A stretch of 61,605 nt of DNA, the filler included, from Candidatus Woesearchaeota archaeon (GTDB lineage: Archaea; Nanobdellota; Nanobdellia; Woesearchaeales; BM511): the NCBI GenBank assembly GCA_023266675.1. It is 4 parts of 4 records of this genome, joined end to end, with 100 filler letters (N's around TTAATTAATTAA, not from the genome) between each part and the next. Parts side by side here need not be neighbours in the genome. Positions count along the whole stretch, not along the records: positions 7,142 to 31,171 come from JAHFPP010000011.1; 3 more parts are not named here. One strand, written 5' to 3'. Within the stretch, counting starts at the first letter, position 1, and each line of letters starts with the position of its first letter. Below, in pieces: positions 17,701 through 27,304 of this stretch. The position numbers and the translations under genes are program-made. The notes beneath the pieces were generated by a model, which searched no databases, was not told the origin of the DNA, and was given only the letters and a program-made list of their open reading frames with translations.

Positions 17701-19455
17701 GTGGTATTAAACAGTTCTGCAATAAAACCAGTTGGAAATTTAGGAAGAGGAAGTGGAGCTAATGATACTTCTGGAAACGGAGAAATTAATAACGAAGAAA
17801 TATTGCGTGATATGGCAGCTTTACCAATGACAATGGCAGAAGCGTCTGTAAGTTTATTGATGGAAAAATATTCTAATTTAAGAGGCACCAAAGTAGAAGA
17901 AGTTCTAAAAAGAGTCGTAAAAAAAATGGCCGGAAACGGCCTAAGTGCAGTGAACAATATTATGTCCTCTGAAAAGACTGCGGCTTATGAAATTTTAACC
18001 GGAATGGGAGATAAAAGAACAGAACTTAAAGAATTAACAGATTTTCTTAGAGAACACGGCATCCAGTATGATGGGATGTCTCTAACAAGAGATGAGACTG
18101 GACTATTTACAATAGGATATACTGGAAAAGATGCAAATATAAGACAAGTAATTGGTGAGGCAAATACTGAGTTTGGAACTATTCATTTAACAAATTCAGC
18201 TCTTGAAACAAGAGTAGGTAATTTACTAGGAGATATACAAACTATTACAGGCGAAAGAAATGGATACAAAACAAGAGCCGAAACCGCAGAAGAAAGAGTA
18301 GAAAGAATAAAAGAAAATTCAAGAAAAGACTCTTTTGAAATGCAAAGAGAATATTTGCGAACTATTTTTGAAGCAAGAAATGAGAGAATAGAATTAGAAT
18401 CATTACTTAGTGAAGCAAGAAAAACCAGTTATAAACCTGGTGAAGATGGCTTTTCAATTGTAGCAGAAGACGGACAAAGATATGTCCCTGCAAGAATGTT
18501 GACACAGACAAGAGGAGTCGTATCCACTGGTTCAGAAACACTTCCAGTACTTATGCAAATTAGCGTAAGAGAAAATGCTGTTTCATTTGCAAGAGACATG
18601 CTTACCTCTGAATTAGAATTAAGAGTATCAGATCTGGGTTTTGAAGTTTCAGAATTAAATGAACAATTAAGATTAGCTAAAGAAGCGTATGAACATTTAA
18701 GTATTGAAAAAGGAGGAGTTGAAGCTCAAAAAGAAACATTAACTGCCCATAATCAAACTCTTTCCGCAAGAGTTGGTGAAGTAGAAAATTATAATTTGAA
18801 TTTAGCAAGCATGAATGATGCATTAACAAGAAACAATCAAGGATACCAGAGATTATTAACTGGTAAACAAGAACAGTTAGAAAAAAGAGAAGAAGCTTTA
18901 AGATATAAAGGAAATATGTTAAGTCTTGCTTTAAAGCACAAAAGAAGATTATCTGGAATTGCAAGAGTTTGCTATGACAAATGGAAAGGAAATGAAACAA
19001 CGCTTGCTCAGACTCAATCTCATCTTGCTTTAGCTCAGGAAAGTTATGATAATTTAGATAGGGCATATAACCAGATGTTAATTACACACCAACAAGCTGA
19101 GAGGTATGTTGGAGAATTAAGGATTTCAGTAGATGAAAAAGGTCAACAGATACATGTTTTAGAAGGAGATAAATCTTCAGTTAAGGTAATTAAAGGAGTA
19201 CAGAGTAGAATAATTGAAGGATTACGTGAAACAATAAGATTAAGAGATGAGGAGCTTTCAGGTGAAAAACAAGGAAGGCAAAATGACAGATTAGTATACT
19301 TAAACAAGTTGCAGGTTATTGGAGAAAGATTAGCAGGACTAGGGTATATTGCTGAGGATGCCCTTCAATATATAACACAAGTTGATACAAGAGTTGACGG
19401 TTTGGATAAATTATTGACTGATGGTTCTCAAAATGGTACTGCAACTAGAAGATAA
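17701..19455 (+). CDS. Long coiled-coil hypothetical protein
   Basis: 584-aa ORF with E/L/R heptad character; GAGG RBS before the GTG. Confidence 0.75.
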   Translation: MVLNSSAIKPVGNLGRGSGANDTSGNGEINNEEILRDMAALPMTMAEASVSLLMEKYSNLRGTKVEEVLKRVVKKMAGNGLSAVNNIMSSEKTAAYEILTGMGDKRTELKELTDFLREHGIQYDGMSLTRDETGLFTIGYTGKDANIRQVIGEANTEFGTIHLTNSALETRVGNLLGDIQTITGERNGYKTRAETAEERVERIKENSRKDSFEMQREYLRTIFEARNERIELESLLSEARKTSYKPGEDGFSIVAEDGQRYVPARMLTQTRGVVSTGSETLPVLMQISVRENAVSFARDMLTSELELRVSDLGFEVSELNEQLRLAKEAYEHLSIEKGGVEAQKETLTAHNQTLSARVGEVENYNLNLASMNDALTRNNQGYQRLLTGKQEQLEKREEALRYKGNMLSLALKHKRRLSGIARVCYDKWKGNETTLAQTQSHLALAQESYDNLDRAYNQMLITHQQAERYVGELRISVDEKGQQIHVLEGDKSSVKVIKGVQSRIIEGLRETIRLRDEELSGEKQGRQNDRLVYLNKLQVIGERLAGLGYIAEDALQYITQVDTRVDGLDKLLTDGSQNGTATRR

Positions 19456-21316
19456 GACAGCAATGCCTGAAGGTGAAATCTCTGAAGATGCAATTATAGC
19501 TAGCATTGAGGCAAATGAAGCTAAATTTAGACTAGCAAAAGGAATTGCAGAGATAGCAGATAATAAAGCCAACAGAGTTAAAAGAAAAAAAATATATAAA
19601 GAAAGGATAGATAGAGTTAAAAACTTTTTTAATGGTTACTTGGAAAAAACGTATTCTCATTTAACTGCTGCAAAAAAAACAACATTAAGAGAAGTAGATT
19701 ATGTTAAAATTGGATTTACTCATGTTTTAAAAGAGACAAGTCTTCACATTAATTCTTCAAGAAAAGCAGTATCAAACGGATATGATATTGTTGAAGATGC
19801 TTTTTCTAATACTGTAAGAAATATGTACCAAGGGATGTCTCCAACTAATATAAGAAGAATCACAGATGAGTATATTCTTAAAAATGATAGATTAGATTGC
19901 ATTATATATCCATCAAAAAGGACACTTAATACTGCAATAGCTGTTTCCGTTGTTGGTTTGGGTGCACTTGCATATGTGAATCGTGAGCAAATAAATGAGA
20001 GTTATAACTCTCTATCACAAAGAAGCAAAGAAAATATTTCTGTAACACAAACAAAAAAATCAACGCCTAATTACACTTTGGCAGGCGAAGAAAAGAAAAT
20101 AATTGCCGTGCAAAGAAAAGAAGAAGCAAAAGTTTCTGCTACTTCAGGATTTAATATACCTGCGATGAACATTGAAGATGTTATAAAAAAACATATGAAA
20201 TTTGGTGTAAAAGAAAAACAAGACACAATTGTTGACAAAGAAATAGCACAAATGCTAAATCCTTCTTCAATATTCATTCCACAAAAAAGCAGTGGAAATT
20301 ATAAGTCTCATAACGCAGAGGCATCATATGCAGGCACAGATGTTATTAATGCAGAAGATTTAAACTTTTTAAAACAGTTTGTCAGCTCTCCAGAGAATTG
20401 GACTCCTCTTTTAACTAATCTCAAGAGTTCTGGATCAAAAGATGAGAGCACAGATTATACTTCGTCAATAAACGTTTCAAGTTCAACTTTTGGATTGACT
20501 GGACAAAAAGTCATAAGTGATATTGCAAAACAAAAAAGTAGCCCAAGTGTTCCAGCTGCAAATGTTGTAGTTGATAGATTAAACGCAAATAGTGCAGCAT
20601 CAGAAAAAGCAAATGCTGTTGTAAAAGATAATAAGACAATTGATAGTGTGCTTGAGAAACAACAATCAACACAGCCGAAAGAATCAATTTCTCCAGAATA
20701 TAAAATAAAACACGGAGATTCTATGATAAAAATCGCTTCAAGATACATTGACCCTGCAAAAGACAAAGAAAAGATGAAGGAGTTTTACAAAGTTAATGGC
20801 AAAGAACCGTTCTCATCAAAATACGCTAATCCTGATAACTCACCTAAATTCATAAATAAGAAGATAAACCCTAACTATATACAGATAGGAAAGACATTGG
20901 ATTTAAGTCCATTATTAGAAGGATATCTTTCTAAAGGAAAACCAAGCATTACAATAACAGATTTGGAATCAAAACAAAAAGATAAAATTGCAGATATTAG
21001 TTATATAAACGCAAATATACCTAGGGATAATAATGCATATATGACTGGAAATCTTAAAAATGACGGCCTTTTAGTATTCTCAAATGATTATATAATTAGA
21101 GAAGGAAAGCTTTTAGAGCAAAGACTACTTAATCCATCAGAAACAGCAAATGCTACACAGCAAAAAAGCTATCAGGAAAAACTTAATGATTATCCATCAA
21201 GATTTGCAGAAAGTTTTTACACAAATATTTCAGTAAAATTTAATCACAATAATAAACAGTATGATATTCAGCCAATGAATTTTGGAAATTTAGACAGCAT
21301 ACTAAATCTAAGATAA
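19421..21316 (+). CDS. Membrane-anchored protein with LysM-like domain
   Basis: TM TAIAVSVVGLGALAYV; YKIKHGDSMIKIASRY...NPNYIQIGKTLDL. Confidence 0.72.
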   Translation: MVLKMVLQLEDKTAMPEGEISEDAIIASIEANEAKFRLAKGIAEIADNKANRVKRKKIYKERIDRVKNFFNGYLEKTYSHLTAAKKTTLREVDYVKIGFTHVLKETSLHINSSRKAVSNGYDIVEDAFSNTVRNMYQGMSPTNIRRITDEYILKNDRLDCIIYPSKRTLNTAIAVSVVGLGALAYVNREQINESYNSLSQRSKENISVTQTKKSTPNYTLAGEEKKIIAVQRKEEAKVSATSGFNIPAMNIEDVIKKHMKFGVKEKQDTIVDKEIAQMLNPSSIFIPQKSSGNYKSHNAEASYAGTDVINAEDLNFLKQFVSSPENWTPLLTNLKSSGSKDESTDYTSSINVSSSTFGLTGQKVISDIAKQKSSPSVPAANVVVDRLNANSAASEKANAVVKDNKTIDSVLEKQQSTQPKESISPEYKIKHGDSMIKIASRYIDPAKDKEKMKEFYKVNGKEPFSSKYANPDNSPKFINKKINPNYIQIGKTLDLSPLLEGYLSKGKPSITITDLESKQKDKIADISYINANIPRDNNAYMTGNLKNDGLLVFSNDYIIREGKLLEQRLLNPSETANATQQKSYQEKLNDYPSRFAESFYTNISVKFNHNNKQYDIQPMNFGNLDSILNLR

Positions 21317-21320
21317 ATTC

Positions 21321-21806
21321 TTAAATTGTTATTATTCTTTTAACTGAAGGCAAAAATGCATTTGGTTTCTTTTTTAATTCGTCAGAAATTGCCTGTTTTG
21401 TAAACCATTTTATCTCTGAAACTTCAGTTTTATCTATTTTAAAATCTTTAACATTCTTGTTTGTAGTCATATAATACCACTGGGAAAAATAATTCCATTT
21501 TCCATTCACAAGGTGCTTGTCTCCCTTAACAGGATACATATCAGTTAAGCCCAGTTCTTCTTTTGCTTCTTTGATTATATTTGTATAATATGTTTCGCCT
21601 CGCTCTACAGTGCCTGCAACTGACGGACCCCATTTTCCCGGGTCATGGCTTTTTGTCATTGCTCTTTTTGCAAGAAGCAACTCTCCTTTTGAATTTGTTA
21701 TCCAAAGAACTGCCACCCTGTAAATGTCTTTAGCTGCTATTTTCTCTCTTTCTTTGTACCCGACTGTTTTATCAAGTTCATTTACGATTATTATTTCTTT
21801 AACCAT
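21321..21806 (-). CDS. NUDIX hydrolase (IDI type 1-like subfamily)
   Basis: LLLAKRA..K...PGKW..SVAG.VE.GE.......EAKEELG. Confidence 0.85.
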   Translation of the reverse strand: MVKEIIIVNELDKTVGYKEREKIAAKDIYRVAVLWITNSKGELLLAKRAMTKSHDPGKWGPSVAGTVERGETYYTNIIKEAKEELGLTDMYPVKGDKHLVNGKWNYFSQWYYMTTNKNVKDFKIDKTEVSEIKWFTKQAISDELKKKPNAFLPSVKRIITI

Positions 21807-21811
21807 GTTTA

Positions 21812-22159
21812 TTACATCATCTTTAAGTTTCCTGTAAGTAAATCAATCTTTTCTTCATCATCAGGCCCTATTGCGGCGCACGTTTTTGTACCTGGCGCAA
21901 CAACTGTGCGTCCAGCATCAGTAATCAGTGAAACAGCAAACCCCATATCCTTTGCTTTTTGAAAGAATTTTATAAGCTCTTTTTCGTCGCTAACCTTAAG
22001 CACGACTTTCTTCTGCCCGCATCCATGCCACTCGTTAATCTTTGATTTATCAGATTTTAATACAGCTTCAACGGATGCGTGAGCAACCTGAGCTGCCAAT
22101 TTTCCCTTTGGAAGCTTCAAGTCATCCCTTGCAAGAATTACCTGTTTTAATTCGCTCAT
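21812..22159 (-). CDS. pth2: Peptidyl-tRNA hydrolase Pth2
   Basis: KQVI..R.DL.LPKGKLAAQVAHA...GQKKVVLK...DAGRT...PGT.T..AIGP. Confidence 0.95.
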   Translation of the reverse strand: MSELKQVILARDDLKLPKGKLAAQVAHASVEAVLKSDKSKINEWHGCGQKKVVLKVSDEKELIKFFQKAKDMGFAVSLITDAGRTVVAPGTKTCAAIGPDDEEKIDLLTGNLKMM

Positions 22160-22271
22160 GCAGTCCAAATAACTTCTTCATTTTATAATCCTTTCCAAAA
22201 AGCAAGCAATATTTGACATGATTGAAATAAAATTCAAAACGTTTATAAGAAAAAGCATGTTTTATAGATTC

Positions 22272-23924
22272 ATGAGCGAAGAAAAGATGTTTTGGGCGGA
22301 CCACATCGCCCTTGACCTGAAGAAAAGGATTGAAGAAGACCCTTACACTAAAGAGATTTATGAAAAACACGGACTTCTTATATACGACGAAAAAACACCT
22401 TCAGGAAAAATTCATATAGGCTCTGGGCGCGGATGGGTAATCCACGATGTTATTGCAAAAGCATGCAGAAAAATTGGTCTTAACGCCAAATTCATTCTTG
22501 CGTCAGACGACATGGACCCATATGACAAGCCAAACAAAGAATTGCCTGAATCATTCAACAAGTATCTTGGCGTGCCTTTTAGAAATATACCTTCTCCAGT
22601 TGAGGGTTTTAAGAGTTTTGCCGAATACTATTTCTTGGATTCAGTAGAAAAGTTTCCTGAAGTTGGTATAGAATGTGAATTTGAATCTACAGGAGAGAAT
22701 TATGAAGCAGGAATATTCAATGAAGCAATAAAAATAGCGCTTGACAACTCATCAAAAATAAAAGACATTTTTGAAAGAATGTACAAAAAACCATACAACA
22801 AGATACCATTTAATGTTATATGCGAGAAATGCGGAAAAATAGCAACTACAAACGCAGTTGCTTGGGATAAAAACAAGGAACTTTTACATTACAAATGCGA
22901 AGAAGACCTTGTTAAATGGGCGAAAGGCTGCGGACACGAAGGATGGATTTCACCATATAATGGAAACGGAAAGTTTCCATGGAAAGTAGAGTGGCCTGCA
23001 AAATGGTTTTCAAGAAAAGTAATCTGCGAATATGGAGGAAAAGACCATTTCTCAAGCGGCGGTTCAAGAGATATTGGAGTATTAATCTCAACTGAAGTTT
23101 TTGGTTACCCGTCACCTTATCCATCTGAAGGAAACAAGGCAGGAATTGGTTACGAATTTTTCCAGGTTGGCGGAAAAAAAATGTCAACATCAAAAGGAAC
23201 AGGGGTATCATTCTCTGATGTTGTAAGAACGCTTCCACCACAAATGTTAAGGTATCTTCTTGTAAAAACTAGGCCAAATGCTGTCATTGATTTTGACCCT
23301 GAAGGACGAAATGATTTAATATTATTATTTGAACGCTTTGACAAAACTGAAAGAATATATTTTGGATTTGAAGAAGGAGACGAACGAGAAGAGCTTAACA
23401 GCAAAAGAATTTATGAATTATCACACATAGGAAAGATAGCAGAAAAGATGCCAGTTCAGATACCATTAACTTACGCTTCACTTGTGATACAGGTAAGTCA
23501 GGATAAAGAAGGTGCAATAAAACTTCTTCAACAATCAGGACACCTTCCAAAAGACATTGAAGGGATAGATTTGCACGGCGTTACAATGAGACTTAATGAC
23601 GCCAAAATGTGGGCAGAAAACTTTGCTCAAGAGCAGTATAAGTTTAATATAAACACAGAAGTGCCTAAATTATCTCTTTCATTAAAACAAATATTTGTGC
23701 TTCATGAAGTTGCTGAGATATTAAAGAGTTCAGATACCATTACTGATGATGAGTTGACCCAGAAATTCTTTGATACATCAAAAGCAAACGGACTTTCACC
23801 AAAAGAATTCTTTGAAGCAGCATACAAAGTTTTAATATCAAAAACCCAAGGACCAAAGCTTGCTCACTTCATCTCAACAATAGGCAAACATAAAGTCGCA
23901 GAGATGTTTGAAAAAGTTGAATGA
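22272..23924 (+). CDS. lysS: Class I lysyl-tRNA synthetase
   Basis: FWAD, TPSGKIHIGS, CEKCGKI, GKFPWKVEWPAKW, GKDH, KMSTSKG, GPKL. Confidence 0.97.
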   Translation: MSEEKMFWADHIALDLKKRIEEDPYTKEIYEKHGLLIYDEKTPSGKIHIGSGRGWVIHDVIAKACRKIGLNAKFILASDDMDPYDKPNKELPESFNKYLGVPFRNIPSPVEGFKSFAEYYFLDSVEKFPEVGIECEFESTGENYEAGIFNEAIKIALDNSSKIKDIFERMYKKPYNKIPFNVICEKCGKIATTNAVAWDKNKELLHYKCEEDLVKWAKGCGHEGWISPYNGNGKFPWKVEWPAKWFSRKVICEYGGKDHFSSGGSRDIGVLISTEVFGYPSPYPSEGNKAGIGYEFFQVGGKKMSTSKGTGVSFSDVVRTLPPQMLRYLLVKTRPNAVIDFDPEGRNDLILLFERFDKTERIYFGFEEGDEREELNSKRIYELSHIGKIAEKMPVQIPLTYASLVIQVSQDKEGAIKLLQQSGHLPKDIEGIDLHGVTMRLNDAKMWAENFAQEQYKFNINTEVPKLSLSLKQIFVLHEVAEILKSSDTITDDELTQKFFDTSKANGLSPKEFFEAAYKVLISKTQGPKLAHFISTIGKHKVAEMFEKVE

Positions 23925-23946
23925 CAATTTAATAATGTAAAAAACA

Positions 23947-24324
23947 ATGATTGTTAAAATAAAGTACCATATAGTATATTCAATTTATATTAGTGTACTC
24001 AGTATATTATGTTTTATTCTATCCTTTAAATATACATGAATATGGTATTGGTTTTTTTTAATAGGTGCAATCTTAAATTTTATCAACGTTATATTAATAT
24101 TTATTAATAAATATAAATTTAATAAAAGTATATTAATCACAGAAAAAAATAAATCAGTTAATATTAATACAGGACTTTTTTATTTGTTATTAATACTTTT
24201 TTCAATAATATATTGTCTAATTGTAGAATATACCAAAACCGAAGGTATAATCGCTTTTAGTTTATTAATAATTATAGTGCTATCAACTATATTCTTACAA
24301 TTTAAAAAAGCAATATGCAAATAG
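23947..24324 (+). pseudogene. 4-TM membrane protein interrupted by one in-frame TGA
   Basis: 126-codon hydrophobic frame with a single TGA at 24037-24039 (context KYT*IWYW). Confidence 0.55.
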
Positions 24325-24388
24325 CACCAACTACAACTCATTTCAATCAGTAAACTATAAATACTCTGTTTCTTCTTTGAGTATTGAA

Positions 24389-24757
24389 ATGTATAAAGAT
24401 AAGATAATTGTCGGACTCATAGAGAAAATCAAGATTAAAAACGGAGAAGAGCATAGCGATATCACCGCAAGGATTGATACTGGCGCAACAAAGAGCTCAA
24501 TTGATATAAACCTTGCATCAATGCTAAAGCTTGGACCAATAGTCAAGACAATGACTGTTAAAAGCGCTCATGGAAAAAGGATAAGACCTGTAATTCATGT
24601 TGAGATTGAAATTGCAGGCAAAAGGATAAAAACCGAATTCACTGTTGCTGACCGCGCGCACATGAAATATGCAGTTCTTATAGGTCAGGATGTACTAAGA
24701 GAAGGATTCATTATAGACCCTTGTTTTGAAAGAGAAAATGAGGTTAAAAATGCTTAG
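24389..24757 (+). CDS. RimK-associated retropepsin-like putative protease
   Basis: ARIDTGA..SSID and DR.HMKY.VLIG motifs; coupled to the RimK-family gene. Confidence 0.88.
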   Translation: MYKDKIIVGLIEKIKIKNGEEHSDITARIDTGATKSSIDINLASMLKLGPIVKTMTVKSAHGKRIRPVIHVEIEIAGKRIKTEFTVADRAHMKYAVLIGQDVLREGFIIDPCFERENEVKNA

Positions 24758-25853
24758 AGCAGCACTTATCTCACTAGGAAGCAAAAGTTCAAAGTGGACT
24801 AGCGAGGCCATGCGTAAATACTTCAATGAAGTTGATGAGATAGATATAAGGACGATAGAAGTTAGGATTGGAGTAAAAGAAGAAGGAGTTATCTTCTCAA
24901 ATGAGACCCCACTAAAAAAATATGACTGTGTATACGCAAAAGGCTCCTACAAATACGCGCAACTTCTTCAGACAATATCAATAATACTGTCAAAAGATGC
25001 ATACATGCCATATAACCCATCTGCATTGACACTTGTACATGACAAGCTTTTGTCACAGATAACCTTTGAAAAAGAGGGGATACCAATGCCAAAGACTTAT
25101 GTTGCAGCAACACTTTTATCTGCAAAAAAGACACTTGACTCGATGACATTTCCGGTAATAATAAAAATCCCGGTAGGAACACAGGGGAAGGGAGTAATGT
25201 ATGCAGAAAGCTATGCAGCAGCATCATCAATGCTTGACACACTTGAACAATTAAAGCAACCATTCCTTCTTCAGGAGTATATAGACACCGGAAATACTGA
25301 TTTAAGACTGCTTGTTATTGGAGACAAAGTTGTAGCTTCAATGAAACGAAAAGGCAAACTTGACGAGAAAAGAGCAAATATACATGCAGGTGGCATCGGC
25401 GAATCTTTTACCCCTGACGAAAACACAAAAAATATCGCAATTAGATCAGCAAAAGCTGTTGGTGCAGAGATTGCAGGGATAGATATTCTTGAGAGCGTCA
25501 AAGGACCAAAAGTCATTGAGGCAAACATAAGCCCGGGACTTCAGGGAATAACAAAAGCAACAGGAATTGACGTTGCTGACAAGATTGCAAAATACCTTTA
25601 TGAAAAAACATTAATAAAAAAAAGCCTTACTGATAACAATGATAAAACAAAAGTTTTCAATGAGTTACACATAAAAAATGCTGCTGATACTGAACATCAT
25701 AGTGAGATAATCACAAAACTTGATTTTAGGGGTGAACGAATACTTCTTCCAAACTTGATAACTAAGATAACAGGATTTAAAGAAGAAGATGAATTCGCAG
25801 TTGAAGCCTCAAAAGAATCAATTAAAATAAGAAAACTTAAAAAATTAAATTAA
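24750..25853 (+). CDS. RimK-family ATP-grasp ligase with C-terminal AbrB-like extension
   Basis: FPVIIK...GTQGKGV, LQEYI, RANIHAGG, AGIDIL, IEANISPG. Confidence 0.9.
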   Translation: MLRAALISLGSKSSKWTSEAMRKYFNEVDEIDIRTIEVRIGVKEEGVIFSNETPLKKYDCVYAKGSYKYAQLLQTISIILSKDAYMPYNPSALTLVHDKLLSQITFEKEGIPMPKTYVAATLLSAKKTLDSMTFPVIIKIPVGTQGKGVMYAESYAAASSMLDTLEQLKQPFLLQEYIDTGNTDLRLLVIGDKVVASMKRKGKLDEKRANIHAGGIGESFTPDENTKNIAIRSAKAVGAEIAGIDILESVKGPKVIEANISPGLQGITKATGIDVADKIAKYLYEKTLIKKSLTDNNDKTKVFNELHIKNAADTEHHSEIITKLDFRGERILLPNLITKITGFKEEDEFAVEASKESIKIRKLKKLN

Positions 25854-25860
25854 TAGCCTA

Positions 25861-26505
25861 ATGAATAAAAAAGATATTCTAAAACATATATTTATTTTTT
25901 TGTCAATAATAAGCTTAATTACGGTTATTATCATCGGTTCATTGTCTGCACTGCTCTTTAACAAAGAATATTATAATTTATTATACGCAAAAACAGGAAC
26001 GTATGAAAGACTTGACAAAGAACTTGTGAGCAACAAGACAGATGAATTATTTTTGTTTTTAAAAAATAAGTCCTCTCTTGACACCGACTTTTACACTGAA
26101 AATGAAATCAGCCACTTAAAGGATGTAAAAAACATTATGAAAATTACATTTATAGTTTATTATCTATCATTATTCCTTTTGTTAGTATCAATATGTCATT
26201 TTTACATAAAGTTTAGAAAAGAATTTGTTTTATTACTTTCTAGAATATTAAATTATTCAGGAATAACAATTTTTATTATTGCAATCATTTTTTTCATGTT
26301 TAATTTTTCAGGTTTATTTGAAATATTTCATAAACTACTCTTCAAAGGAAATTATACATTTCCATATACATCAAATATGATAAAGATGTTTAGCGAAGAC
26401 TTCTTCAAACTTTTTGCAGAAGAGATATTTAAAATAAGCATAATTAAAACAGTAGTGTCATTAAGCATTGGAAGTTTTTTGATATGGAAAACAAATAAGA
26501 AATAA
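25861..26505 (+). CDS. TIGR01906/DUF1461-like integral membrane protein
   Basis: E.SHL.DVK and F..FHKLLF.GNY.F...S.MI.MF...FF motifs; 4 TMs. Confidence 0.75.
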   Translation: MNKKDILKHIFIFLSIISLITVIIIGSLSALLFNKEYYNLLYAKTGTYERLDKELVSNKTDELFLFLKNKSSLDTDFYTENEISHLKDVKNIMKITFIVYYLSLFLLLVSICHFYIKFRKEFVLLLSRILNYSGITIFIIAIIFFMFNFSGLFEIFHKLLFKGNYTFPYTSNMIKMFSEDFFKLFAEEIFKISIIKTVVSLSIGSFLIWKTNKK

Positions 26506-26510
26506 GAGTC

Positions 26511-27251
26511 TTAACTGACACGCCTTACAAACGTCAAGAACCCTGAGTGGCCAACTGCTGCGGTTTTTGGACGAATCTTTCGTCCAGAGACTTCCCATTC
26601 ACGCTCTATAATTTCAATAGTCTTTAAGTGAACAAGTCCCTGCGGAATACTATTCACAAAATCAGCCATCTGAGGGACTGAAGGAGAATATGATACAAGA
26701 AACCCTCCAATCTTTAAGGCTTCCTTTGCATGGTTTACTGCAAGCCAAGGCTCAGGCAGGTCAAGCGTTATCAAATCCGCATTCTTCTGCGGAAACCCAG
26801 TATATACATCATGAATGCTGCACGTGATATTTTTTAATTCAAACAAGTCAATATTTTTCTGGCATATTGCCATATGATCTTCACGGATATCATAAGTGAA
26901 AACTTTTCCTTTTGAAGCTAAATGCGCAAGAAAACATGAAAGCGCACCGCTTCCAGAGCCAGAATCAAATATTTTCCAGTCTGGAGAGATTCCTGTTTCT
27001 GAAATTATGAGTCCTATATCCTTTAAAGGAATAATTTGGGCCTGACGCTTAATCTTTTCATATAAATCAATAAAACTTGGAGTAAAAATGGCCACATCTT
27101 TACCGGTATTTGTTTTTAGGATATCTCCATCTTTTGCATCCTGAAGCTCTTTAGATTTAATAAACCCATACTGCGTATGCATATCCTTACCAGTATCACT
27201 AACATAGAATTTTCGTCCACCATCAGCCACAAGTATTTTTTTAACGCCCAT
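26511..27251 (-). CDS. trmI: tRNA (adenine-N1)-methyltransferase
   Basis: R.AQII..KD, GSGSGAL, LDLPEPW, YSP...Q, RP.....GHSGFL. Confidence 0.93.
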   Translation of the reverse strand: MGVKKILVADGGRKFYVSDTGKDMHTQYGFIKSKELQDAKDGDILKTNTGKDVAIFTPSFIDLYEKIKRQAQIIPLKDIGLIISETGISPDWKIFDSGSGSGALSCFLAHLASKGKVFTYDIREDHMAICQKNIDLFELKNITCSIHDVYTGFPQKNADLITLDLPEPWLAVNHAKEALKIGGFLVSYSPSVPQMADFVNSIPQGLVHLKTIEIIEREWEVSGRKIRPKTAAVGHSGFLTFVRRVS

Positions 27252-27304
27252 TATAATTCAAGAAAAATAAGGATATTATAAACTTTTTCAATAAAAAGTA
27301 TATA

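Noticed and set aside
24037..24039. Genome-wide TGA recoding
   Set aside because: lysS and gyrB end at TGA at their expected lengths, so TGA is a stop in this genome.
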